From Trichosphaerium sp. ATCC 40318 (lineage: Eukaryota; Protista; Tubulinea), in NCBI GenBank assembly GCA_038496445.1, contig JALMLS010000578.1:310001-374000 (forward strand): a stretch of DNA of 64,000 nucleotides, read 5' to 3'. The translations under genes were made by a program, and so were the position numbers. The notes beneath the pieces are model-generated. The model ran no database searches. It saw nothing but the letters and a program-made list of their open reading frames with translations, and was not told the origin of the DNA. This document shows, piece after piece, positions 52,532 through 64,000 of the stretch (its first letter is position 1; every line of letters starts with the position of its first letter).

Positions 52532-53228
52532 TCAATGTTTACATCCCAATAACAATACATGACCTCTTATCCACCTGGTGCAAGTTTCTTCAAGCATCAC
52601 CAACGAGATTCGCCTTATTGTAGTTAACTGTTTAGAACCTACTGCATCAACCTTTGAGTTCACCGTTTTGTTTATCATCAACCCAGAAACTCTATGTCTT
52701 GAGTTGTCCATTTTCGTGCCATTCTTTGCCTTCACCGTTACGTTTACCATTGGCCCACATGGTTTGTTCTTTAAGTTGCCCGTTTTCATACCAGATTTTG
52801 CCTTCACCATCTGGTTTACCATCAACTATCACACAATGACATAACATGTCCAGTTTCATACCACTCTTTAATAGCACCATGTTGTTCACCATTGACCCAC
52901 ATGGCTTGTTCTTTAAGTTGCCCGTTTTCATACCAGATCTTGCCTTCACCATCTGGCTTACCGTCAACCATCATACACAATGACCCAAGTTGCCCATTAT
53001 CAAACCAGCTCTTAAATAAACCAGTCTTTGCATATTTATGGGTACATTACCACTTTTATGCCATCTAATCCATTTTCCTTTCCGTTGTAGTGATTCATCA
53101 AAATGTGTATTAATTGCTGCTCTCCTCGACAGTGTATGGAACTTTGTGAATGCTTCAGTGTTAAAAGTACAGATGTACTGTTGGATATCACAGGAAAGAT
53201 CCAAAAGAGTCACAGGAGAAGAAGACAT
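52532..53228 (-). pseudogene. F-box + MORN-variant repeat pseudogene
   Basis: LLDLSCDIQQYI..LSRRAAINTHF..KGKW, then frameshifted DGKPDGEGKIWYENGQLKEQ repeats with an internal near-exact DNA duplication. Confidence 0.8.
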
Positions 53229-54168
53229 GGTGATAACCTAACGAAAAAAGATAAGAAGACAGAATTGTTACAGTTGTTTTTGCGTTGTGAGTTTATTGTT
53301 TTGTAGAAACTAGAGCGTCTAAGCAATATCTTAGAGCTTCAGCCTTCTTTTCTATTCAGATGTGAGAGTTAGGAATAAGTAGCTACATATACACTGTAGC
53401 GGGTGTGACGCCTTGAATAAAGCAAGGCTAGTGACATCTCCAAAGAGTACAAATTTCATAAGTTTGGAAACAATACTTGTTCACCGTTTATATGCTCAGT
53501 GCTACCCTTTGAATAGCCGCAATTTAGAAGGATTTAAAAAAGAATATCATGGTAACAAATGCCCTTTTCACTAGAGAAATAACTAGCTTCACTGATGAAT
53601 GTGTTTCACGAGTCATCTCTAAACAAAAGGATTCGAATGTGTCCTAATTTCACGAGGAACCACCCAAGGCAATGTTTGTAAAAAAATCACGTGCTGATTT
53701 GTGTGGAGAAACTTGTTCATGTGACATCTTACCTCTTGTTTTTTTAACAACTATACGCAATAGTAAATAGATAAATAAGATGCGTGTAGTGAAGTGTGCA
53801 CAATGTAGTATTACGGAAGTTTTTAGCTGTATTCAACAAAAAATCACTAATTAACAAAACAACAATCAACATCTCAATGACAGCACATCTCTTATTTTAC
53901 TTTTTAGTTAGTTATCACTGGCGTATATTATGCTACAACTGGTACTGATAAGCGAATGTTGTTATTTCTAACATCTGCAACAATGATATGATAGCAGTTT
54001 CCTTGAAGTAGTAAAGGTGCTGAGGTATTTCAATTTTTTCGTTTTCATGACTTTTACAATTTACTAAACGTGCTCTACCTTTAAGTGTTTACAATAGTTT
54101 ACTATGTACTATCTATTTGCCGTAGATGTTTGTTTACATATTTATGCGATTTATTACCTTTCTCTATT

Positions 54169-55283
54169 CTACTCTTTATCAAAAAAATGATGCCTATTCA
54201 CTCCAAGTTCGTCAAATGTAACAATCTGTACATCTTTTAGTGCATCTAAACATTCATTTGTAATATCAGTATCATCAGTATCACCAATATCAAGTATGTG
54301 AAGATCATTGTCTTCACAAAGAGCTTTAATACCCTCATCTGTAACCACGGTGTTGTAAATGTTAATCTCATGGACTCCCTTTAATGCTTTCACACCTTCG
54401 TCTGTCACTGAAGTACCACCAAGTTGAATGGCATGAACACCTTTGAGCGCTTTAATGCCTTCATCTGTTACATAAGTGCCACCAAGGTGAATGGTATGAA
54501 CACCTGCAAGTGCTTTGACACCTTTATCTGTCACTTTAGTATTTTCAAGATGAATGGTATGAACACCTGCCAATGCCTTTACTCCTTTATCTGTAATCGT
54601 TCTACACCAACGAAGCTTAATCCGATGTACACCAGCAAGCTCTTCCAAATCATTATCAGTTATGTCAATATTAGATGATGATGCAACATCAATGTTGCAA
54701 CACCCAGACAACAATGAATATAGAGTGTAGGAATTGTCCATGTTTGTAAGTGTGATTATACTGTTATTCATGACGCCCTTGTACTCTCTAATCTTTAAAA
54801 TATCTGGAATACGTTTGAGATAGACTCTTTTGTATCCAACAATGTCATGTATGATATCAGCCATCAAATGACATGATTGAGCAACATTGAATCTTGATTT
54901 GGCTTCTGTATGGTGTAAGACAGTCGAAATAACCTCTGGTGGAAAATAAAGAATGTTTGTAACTCTGTGCGGTTGTATCTGTTTCGAAAAAAATTAATAA
55001 ACCAACTGTACTGATAACGTACTGTTTTTCGACTGATTTTTGACTTCGTAAGGGACTCAGAGAGATCCATATTATCGTCTGTTGTTTCGTCGATGGTTTC
55101 GGTGTATTTGAAAAGAAGTTTATCAAGTTTTTGAAGATAACACGTGTTTTCGACGTTTAACATACTTTCAACTTGTTTTACGAATGTTTCATGTTGTTTT
55201 CCTTTGATCTTATTGAATTTTTGCTTATGTGCCTCGTGGTAGTATGCGATCGCTTGTTCAACTGAAACACCTGCGAAATTCAT
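54169..55283 (-). CDS. N-terminal domain + F-box + 21-aa LRR protein, short copy (5 GVH repeats)
   Basis: A 44-nt phase-0 intron at 54979-55022 (GTACGT...CAG) joins ORF 54864..55283 to the LRR frame through an F-box. Confidence 0.85.
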
Positions 55284-55774
55284 TATTTTTGTAACGGTCC
55301 AGTTGTGAAGTATTTGCTAACTAATTTATTATCTTCTATACAAGACTTAGACGTCATCCAAACGTCATATAATCGCTAGATAGCGATATAATCACGGAGT
55401 CTCTGATCAGTGAATACTCTGAGTATTCCGCTTCGGTTTTCAGAGAAGAGTAACTGTAAAACTGATAATTCAATGAATCCAATCCTCGAGACTTCTCGTC
55501 TAACATATCGTTACAGTTTTGGTTGCGGTCGCGGGATAAAAATGACTTGAGACTGTTTTGGTCTTTAGAAATCACGTGAAAAGTAGCTGTCAAATGATAA
55601 ACCATCGATGACGAACACTTGTCAGTGGGGGTGAGCAACAACGTTTTATTCATGTGAGCTTGTCAACAGTTCATTTATAGCTTATCATTCATTCTGATTA
55701 AAAATACTTGCGCCCTATGAACAGACGGTTTTAAAAAAGATTTTATTATTTATTTGACACTGAATCTTTTGAAT

Positions 55775-58301
55775 CTAGCTTCCGCGTAATAACACGTTAA
55801 CCACGTGCTTTACATTTAATGTGCGTATATCAGTATACCTCTGTCCAACACCTATGAATACTATAGGTTGACCTGTAGTGTAAACCATTGATATAGCTGC
55901 ACCGACTTTCTCATCAACTGTGTCGAATTTAGTTAAAATAATACCATCTATGAGTCTTGGCGTTTTGGCTTGACTGTAATGCTCAATTGCTCTATTGAAC
56001 CCTCTCAATTGATCTACGGAGTCATTTCCTACTAGGGCCTCGCCAACGAATAATGTCAAGTCAGGATCGTTGACACGAATCAACTAAAACAAGAAATGAG
56101 TAAAAACGGATAACAAAAAAAACAGGAGAAAAAAAAAGAGGTTCTAACTTTGACGTTGTTTTACCTTTGCTAATGATCTCATGAGCTTCTCGTTATCCTG
56201 CATACGTCCAGCAGTATCGATAAGCACAACATCAAACCCTTTATTCTTTGCATCGATTATAGCATGTTGAGCAATGCTTGCTGCATCACCACCGTATCCT
56301 TGACTATATATTGGCACTTTAAGCTTATTTGCATGGACTTCTAATTGTTCGATAGCACCGGAACGGAAGGTATCACAGGCAGCGATCATAACACGAAGTT
56401 TTTGTTGAAGGAGCCATAGACAGACTAAATAGAACGTGAGTATCAACAAAAAACAAGCACTTCAAAAATCCCGTAATTTACTGAAATAAAAAAAACAAGA
56501 ACAAAAGTTCCTGGCACATGAGTGCGTCATCGTATTTTTTCGTTATTATTAATATGTGCGTACCTTTAGATAAGGATGTAGACTTTCCTACACCATTAAC
56601 GCCAATAAAAACAATAGACATTGGTCGATCTTGCTCTTTTGCTTTTTGTATCATATGAAGAATATCTATTGTTCTCTTTGGTGTCAATATACGTGTTAAA
56701 GCTTCTTCCATAGCATCTCTAACTGTTGTACTTAATCTTGTAAATGAGCTTATTGTCTTTCCTTGTATAGACTTGCTGACTGATTCACATAGTTGTTCTG
56801 CTATTTCGACAGCAACATTTTTTTTAATAAAGTGATCTTTAAATTTATCAAGAACAGGTTTTAGTGCCTAATAGAATAACGTAAGATTAACAAGAAGCTT
56901 TGAGTATGAGCTATAGTAAAGTAGAAAACACGGATAGACGTTTTGGGGTTATTTAAATAATGAGATAACACGTACTGCTGCGTCAAGTTTTCTGTTTGTT
57001 AAATTTTGCATGTACGAAAAGAATCCGGAGTTTGCTGATGCTGTTGCTTCCTAAGGCGATATTCGTTTAGAAAACCATTGCCCACACGTGTTTCGTTCAA
57101 ATACGATTGTTTTACGTACTAGCTGTGGATCAAGTTCAATGTTAGCGTTCAAGTCTATCTTTTCTGAAGTTGACCCGTATATATCTTCTCTTTCCACTCT
57201 TGGTTTTGATTGGCCTTTACCTTCGTCATCAAGATAAACCCTTAATTTTTCTGCTTCTTCTTTCGTAGGTGCTTGGTTACCCTATAAAAAATAGAGTTAG
57301 CCATCACATTGTAAATAAGACAGTTCAAAAGAAACAGAAACCGAAGACTTGGAATGTTTTTTTTTGGATTTTTTTTGGCGAAGTATCACGTGATTTATCC
57401 AGGTACGTACCCATTTCTTGGCTTTTTTCTTTGTTGGTTTATTCTCTGTGTTCTCTTTCTTTTTCTTCTTTTTTGGAACATACGCGCCGGGTTTCTTTCC
57501 TTTAGTTGCTGTCTTTAAGAATTGAGGTGACTTTTCTTGTGGTTTTTCTTCTGGTACTTCAATACCTTTCATTTGTTTTTTATCCTATTTCTCAATTATT
57601 AGAGGTCAAAATGCGAGATTACTTTGGGATTAACTAGCATACATACTAGGGTACAACATATAAAAGTATAAAATCGAAACGTTATCTAGGTACCGAGAAA
57701 ACAACTGTTTTTTTTGTTTCTCGGCGATTTTTAACAGCGAGAAAAAGTTTATCTCGTACCTTTACTTCTAGACCTTTTTCTGTTGCGAAGAATTGACGTG
57801 GCTTAGAGACGGCGTTCTTTTTCGCTTTGTATTCTTTTTCTGTAGTTCTCAACGCTGTAGAGAAGGATTTATCAAAATCGAACGCTGTTGTGAAGTTTAA
57901 GACGCTTTTTAGAGCGCTACTGTATGTATTGCAGAATATCGATTTAACTCTTGTAAGAAGGTCTGGGATGTATTTTATCTGCATTTCTTTGCGATATACA
58001 GCCTATAGAAGTAATTAATTAGCGTTTACCGAAGTTTGCTGGTGTACCAGAAAAATAATGTCTAAAGTGTTTTCCATTATCCATTCTAGCTTATAGCGGT
58101 CTCCTGCGAACGACTTTGATCCACCTCGTTCCTTTTGAAGATTAATAACCTTAAAACCGAGCTATTTAGGCGTACTTCAAGTAGTACAGTCTTAATAAGC
58201 GTATTTACAGGACTTCCGGTGATAGTCCCGCTTCTAGCTTTTGTAGACCATAAAACAACGCCTCCCTTTGTGAAAACGAGAAAAGCATCTAACAGTGACA
58301 T
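55775..58301 (-). CDS. SRPRA: Signal recognition particle receptor alpha subunit
   Basis: [18 protein letters not shown] longin domain, [48 protein letters not shown]. Confidence 0.97.
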
Positions 58302-58580
58302 TGCTAGCTGTGTAGTAAATGTTTACAGAAAGTGCTTACGTAACTTCAGAATTGACTTGACATTGACCATTATCACGTTTTTCTTTGAATGGGCGAGTGA
58401 CGTTTTTAGTAATTTAGGGTAGTCACAGTAATTTTACTGGAAACGTGCTCGTACACAAACCGCGAAGGTGCTAATTCGGTCTTTGGTCTTCACATTATTG
58501 TACGAGTCAAGCGAAAACCTAAAGTCGTTCAAATTCTCTATAAAAACATTTTCAAGTATCCACTAACCGCAACCAAAACA

Positions 58581-60217
58581 ATGAGTTTCGCAGGTGTTTC
58601 AGTTGAACAAGCGATCGCATACTACCACGAGGCACACAAACAGACATTCAATAAGATCAAAGGAAACCAACATGAAACATTTGTAAAACAAGTTGAAAGT
58701 ATGTTAAACGTCGAAAACACGTGTTTTCTTCAAAAACTTGATAAACTTCTTTTCAAATACACCGAAGCCATCGACGAAACAACAGACGATAATATGGATC
58801 TCTTTGAGTCCCTTACGAAGTCAAAAATCAGTCGAAAAATAGTACGTTCTCAGTACAGTTGGTTTACTAATTTTTTTCGAAACAGATACAACCGCACAGA
58901 GTTACAAATATTCTTGATTTTCCACCAGAGGTTATTTCGACTGTCTTACACCATACAGAAGCCAAATCAAGATTCAATATTGCTCAATCATGCCATTTGA
59001 TGGCTGATATCATACATGACATTGTTGGATACAAAAGAGTCTATCTCAAACGTATTCCAGATATTTTAAAGATTAGAGAGTACAAGGGCGTCATGAATAA
59101 CAGTATAATCACACTTACAAACATGGACAATTCTTACACTCTATATTCATTGTTGTCTGGGTGTTGCAACATTGATGTTGCATCATCATCTAATATTGAC
59201 ATAACTGATAATGATTTGGAAGAGCTTGCTGGTGTACATCGAATTAATCTTCGTTGGTGTAGAACAATTACGGATAAAGGAGTAAAGGCATTGGCAGGTG
59301 TTCATACCATTCACCTTGGAGAAACTATAGTGACAGATGAAGGCATTAAAGCGCTCAAAGGTGTTCATACCATCACCCTTGATGGCGTTGCAGTAACAGA
59401 TGAAGGCATTAAAGCGCTTGGAGGCGTACATATTATTCATCTTGACAATACTGAAGTGACAGATAAAGGTGTCAAAGCACTTGCAGGTGTTCATACCATC
59501 ACCCTTGATGGCACTTCAGTAACAGATGTAGGCATTAAAGCACTCAAAGGTGTTCACACCATCCACCTTGAACGTACTACAGTGACAGATGAAGGTGTAA
59601 AAGAACTTGCAGGTGTACATAAAATTGACTTAGCTCGTACCTCAGTAACCGATGATGCCATCAAAGCATTAAAAGGTGTGCATGCTATCAATCTCGCATA
59701 TACCAAAGTTTCAGATGAAAGTATAAAGATGTTGGAAGGTGTTCATGTTATCACCCTTGATGGCACTTCAGTAACAGATGAAGGCATTAAGGCACTTGAA
59801 GGTGTTCATACTATTCATCTTGACAATACTAAAGTGACAGATAAAGGTGTCAAAGCACTTGCAGGTGTTCATACCATCACCCTTGATGGCACTTCAGTAA
59901 CAGATGAAGGCATTAAAGCGCTCAAAGGTGTTCATGCCATTCACCTTGGTGGTACTTCAGTGACAGACGTAGGTGTGAAAGCATTAAAGGGAGTCCATGA
60001 GATTAACATTTACAACACCATGGTTACAGATGAGGGTATTAAAGCTCTTTGTGAAGACAATGATCTTCGCATACTTGATATTGGTGATATTGGTGATACT
60101 AATATTACAAATACATTTTTAGATGTATTAAAATATGTAAAGATTGTGGTATTTGAACAATTTGGAAAGCAAGATGAGTATTGGAGTAACAGGCATCATT
60201 TTTTTGATAAAGAGTAG
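58581..60217 (+). CDS. N-terminal domain + F-box + 21-aa LRR protein, long copy (13 GVH repeats)
   Basis: A 44-nt phase-0 intron at 58842-58885 (GTACGT..CTAAT..CAG). The spliced frame reads IQPHRVTNILDFPPEVISTVLHHTEAKSRFNIAQSCHLMADII (F-box) into ORF 58997..60217. Confidence 0.9.
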
Positions 60218-61520
60218 AATAGAGAAGGGTAATAAATCTCCATTATGTAAACAAACATCTATGGTAAATAGATAGTACATAGTAAATGTAAACACTTGAA
60301 ATTAGAACACTTGTTTAATAGGCTTAATATGATACACATGTTATAGGTCTTTATACAGCATTACATCTCTGTGTGACAGATTTTATTGTTACAATTAATC
60401 CAGGAGAAATACATATTTATAAAATATCTAGGCTCATTGGCACATCAAAGCCAAAACCATTAAGATCAAGACTTACAAATGTAAAATGAAAAAAAATGAA
60501 ATAGCTTGTGACAAAGGGCTTTCAAGGTTTTGTATTATACGAAGGAAGGCATTGTATACATTTACGAGCAAATGCAATATTTGTTCTGAAATCAATTATA
60601 ACATGATCATACAGAATATCCATAACTTTAACACATCTGTCATGTAACAAAGAGTGAGTATGGGCTCTTGTAATATCACTAGTGGAACTTGGGTCTAATA
60701 GCACTACATTGAATGAACGCAAGATAAGGAAGAATAAGGCCTTTATTCGAAAAAAAACCGAAAAGCAGCTAGCGATTATGTTTCTTACCTGCTGGCGTAT
60801 AAGCCATAGATTCCACTGGTTAGTGCTATGATGGTAAAATGACGGACCATAACCTAGTAAAATAGTAAATCAAGCATGACATTAATTCGAGCCCAATAGA
60901 CGAAAACACTGTACTCTTTTACAAAACTCTTTTTTTTTTCCCAAGTGTAGGTGTCAAGATTGAGCACCCAGGATTACCACGTCCATTGTTGACTGTCCGC
61001 TTGGACATCAAAGGTAACTTGAGTCCATATTTCACCTACCCCAGGCGTAGCAAACAGCATTTTGATGCTCACAACTTAAAAGTAGGTCCACGTTCAAAAG
61101 AAAATGTGTGAAACAGTTCTAAAGCAAGACTTAATGATTGCCAAACAGTGGTGGTTCCCCCAGTACGTTTGTAAAGTTTCTAGGGTTGTTCTGATTAAGC
61201 GCTCATTTTGATCGCATAAGTTCTGATAAATAGCGCCAATGTAAGCTGTTGTGACATGGAAAGTTTCTACCATTACGCTGCAAACGTGCTTGATAAGCCA
61301 GAAACTCCTGTAGTGGAGGAAGCCAGTACAGAATCTTCTTCTGAGCACGAATCAATGTACGAATCATTGTAACATAGTATTCAGAGCAAAACATACGCGC
61401 TTCGTAGTGTTTTTGGGCAGTTTTAACTTATTTGTTGTATTTTGCTGCGGAACACGGCTAATACATCGTAGAAACATACCGCCTCCACTTAGACAACACT
61501 TGCAAGGCCTCGGAAAATTA

Positions 61521-64000
61521 ATGGTTAAAAGTGCGTTCACTTTGCCAAAAGCATTATAATACGCTCGCAGTGGCAGTATTATCGCTAAAAATACACTCTG
61601 TTATTACTCTGTTATTGTTTAATTAAATCCTAAAAAGGCTTTTAGTAGTTAATGGTTCTGGTTGTTTTTTGACAAGAAGAGGGCGTGAGTCAACTGGTAA
61701 TGCTTATTGTGTACTCTCAATAGAAGGACAAGAGTATAAGACATTATCAAGATCATGTGTATCTCCAACATGGAACGAGGAAGCAATTTTGTGCGTCTTT
61801 CGCAAGCAATTTTTTTGTTGTTGCAAGAAAACTACAATGTGACACTTTCTCGTATTTCTTTCTCTGACAGCCTGTTACTTACTTGTATCTTTAGTAATAT
61901 TTCTGGTACTCATATATCTAAACTCCATTTAAGCGTGTACAATAACGATTCAAGTGCGTGGGATTTTGATTATTTCTGTTACTTTGCAAATTTCCTTTTA
62001 ATTCTTGTTTCTTTCGGTTTGGTTCACCATTTATTTATCATTTTTTACCAAGGGACATTAGTTGGTCACGCAGATATTCTAATTTCAGAGTACGATGATG
62101 GTACTATTCATAGGATTAATAGGCTTCTTCAGGGTATTTTTTTTTCAGTTGTCATTTCACACGTGATTTTTCGTTTTGCTCAATTTCTTACCTTCTACTA
62201 GCGGGTAACAAAGCTAAAGAAGTCCCTAAAGAACCTATGGAAAAATTAAATAGTGTACAGGATATGAGAAGGATAGGACAATCCTTTAAGTATATCACAA
62301 ATCGTATAAAAGCTAGTCGCTCTTTTGGTAGAGAAAAAAGAGAATTACAAAGAAGTAATTACTCGAATGATGATAGCCAGTCATGTAATGCGACTGTAAC
62401 ACTAAAGTTACAATTTTTCAGTTATACTCCATTTTTGGAGGTACGTTTTTTGGTTGTTGTCACGTGGTAAAAAGCTGTCGTAGTAATATTACAACTAGAG
62501 AATTTTTTCAAACAAGATGAAGTTCTTGCAATCTCTTGGGAATTTATACCCATCTGATGAACTAGCAACAACTCTAGTAATATTATCAACAGAAAATGGT
62601 GTACATATGCCTTTAATACAAGGTCTTATCCTAGATGAGGTCGCACAAACAAGTACGTCAAAACTAAATGTGTTGGCTTTTTTTTCCTCATTATATTTTT
62701 GTGCTTTAGAACAAGCTACTACGCTTTTTCGTTTGAATAGTATAGCTACCAAGATGATGAAAGCATATAGCGCACACTTTGGAAGAGATTGGTTAAAACA
62801 AGTACTTGAACGCCCTATTAAGGGCACTATAGCACGCGAAGGTTGTTATGAAGTAAACCCAAAACGTGTTCCAGATAATGAAGATGTTTCAAAGAATATA
62901 TTGAATGTTCGAACAGAAATGTACCTATACCTAAACGCTATACTCGCAGGAGCTGGTACAGTACCATAGTAAGATAAATCCAATGATAACCAATTATTTA
63001 ATAACATGTTTTGTGTAGTGTAATGCGTGCTATAGCTGCTCAGTTGCGTGTGACAGTTTCTGATAAATTCGGTGAAGAGACTGGTTTAAGAGCTGTTTTT
63101 AGTTGGTTGTTTCTAAGGGAGATTTGCCCTGCTATTATTAGCCCACATGTGTATGGTATAGTTGATGGTACGTTGCATGTTGAACGAAATGAGGGCTTTG
63201 TTCTGAATTTTTTCTTATTTTTTTTAACAGTCTCTGTTTTACCTTACTTACTTGTTTTTTGTAATAATAGAGGTACCAGATAGTGACAGTTCAAGGTACT
63301 TGCTGCTTATTGCTAAGATAATTCAAAATATTTCAAATGGCGCATTGTTTGGTACCAATCATCTTTTTCTCTTTAGTTTACTTTTTCTTACTCTGTGTCA
63401 AAGGTATTAAAGAACCATTCATGAAACCATTTAATTCACTTGCATCTCAAGGCATGGAGTGCCTTGATACTTTTGCAAGACAAATCTCCGTAAGTGGGAA
63501 AGCGATTTGAAGTTTTTTTGGGATTTTCTTTTTCCTCAAATTTATGTATTGTTTCTTTGCTTACTCGCTGCATAAGGATGTAAAATACTGTACAGCTAGC
63601 TTGAAAACAGAAAAGAATCATGTTCCTCAGAATGTATTATTTGAACATACAGGTGAGCAACAAAAGGAAAATCAAAAGAAAATTATTCCAAAAATTTTTT
63701 TATTTTATTTAAGCAGGCCGCTCATACTGGCTTTCAGATATTTTTTTTTAACTCTTACATTCATTAATAGATTTTCTCATAAAGTTAATACTCAAATATA
63801 AAGAAAATATTAGAAAACACGTTACAGACAAGCAGGTATTTTAGCAACAAAGTAACTATTATTTATTCATTCTTTATGTAGATGTTCACATCCCTTGTTG
63901 CTTGGCTTTCTATGGCTTTCGAGCCTCTTATTGACACCCAAATAGAATCTCAAAGTACTTCATCAGGGCGGTAACACAAAATGTGGTATCACGTGATAAA
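61521..64000 (+). CDS. C2-domain RasGAP protein (runs off the right edge)
   Basis: TTLFRLNSIATKMM, YEVNP, SWLFLREICPAIISP, LLLIAKIIQNISN, with a C2-like N-terminus. Confidence 0.88.

Noticed and set aside
58997-59002. TGATG stop-start overlap between the 139-aa ORF and the LRR ORF (also at 54862-54867), suggesting translational coupling
   Set aside because: A 44-nt GTACGT...CAG intron in both copies fuses the ORFs in frame and reveals an F-box, so each copy is one gene.
4324-60217. Endogenous giant virus, suggested by MORN-variant and LRR families
   Set aside because: No capsid, polymerase, packaging ATPase or other hallmark gene was seen. The genes have introns and are interspersed with host housekeeping genes.
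61566-61580. CGCAGTGGCAGTAT resembling the U4 snRNA 5' region
   Set aside because: It is an intron acceptor plus RasGAP coding sequence, and no other U4 elements are present.
1-64000. Alternative genetic code to explain the short ORFs
   Set aside because: Conserved genes assemble with ordinary introns and end in TAA, TAG or TGA.

Overview
AT-rich eukaryotic nuclear DNA with many short spliceosomal introns (mostly 40-70 nt). Donors are usually GTACGT/GTACNN-type and the genetic code looks standard. An amoeboid protist (Amoebozoa-like) is likely, but this is inferred. Conserved housekeeping genes (SMG7/EST1-like, PRP19, an SLC25 carrier, ABCG, TBCC, NCAPH2, PIGF, SRPRA, C2-RasGAP, a GT31 galactosyltransferase) alternate with fast-evolving material: F-box+MORN-variant genes, F-box+21-aa-LRR genes and decayed fragments, a duplicated secreted toxin-like gene, surface proteins and a dead piggyBac. 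Main observations: (1) a 5S rRNA gene and a tRNA-Ser gene sit in two separate introns of the SMG7-like gene, on its strand; (2) an inverted pair of F-box-LRR genes brackets SRPRA, with 13 versus 5 mosaic repeats that vary at predicted ligand-facing positions, and orphan LRR fragments lie elsewhere; (3) CACGTG/TCACGTGA is strongly over-represented; (4) an inverted pair of secreted proteins differs mainly in one amphipathic hairpin. Gene models were spliced by eye and no database search was run.
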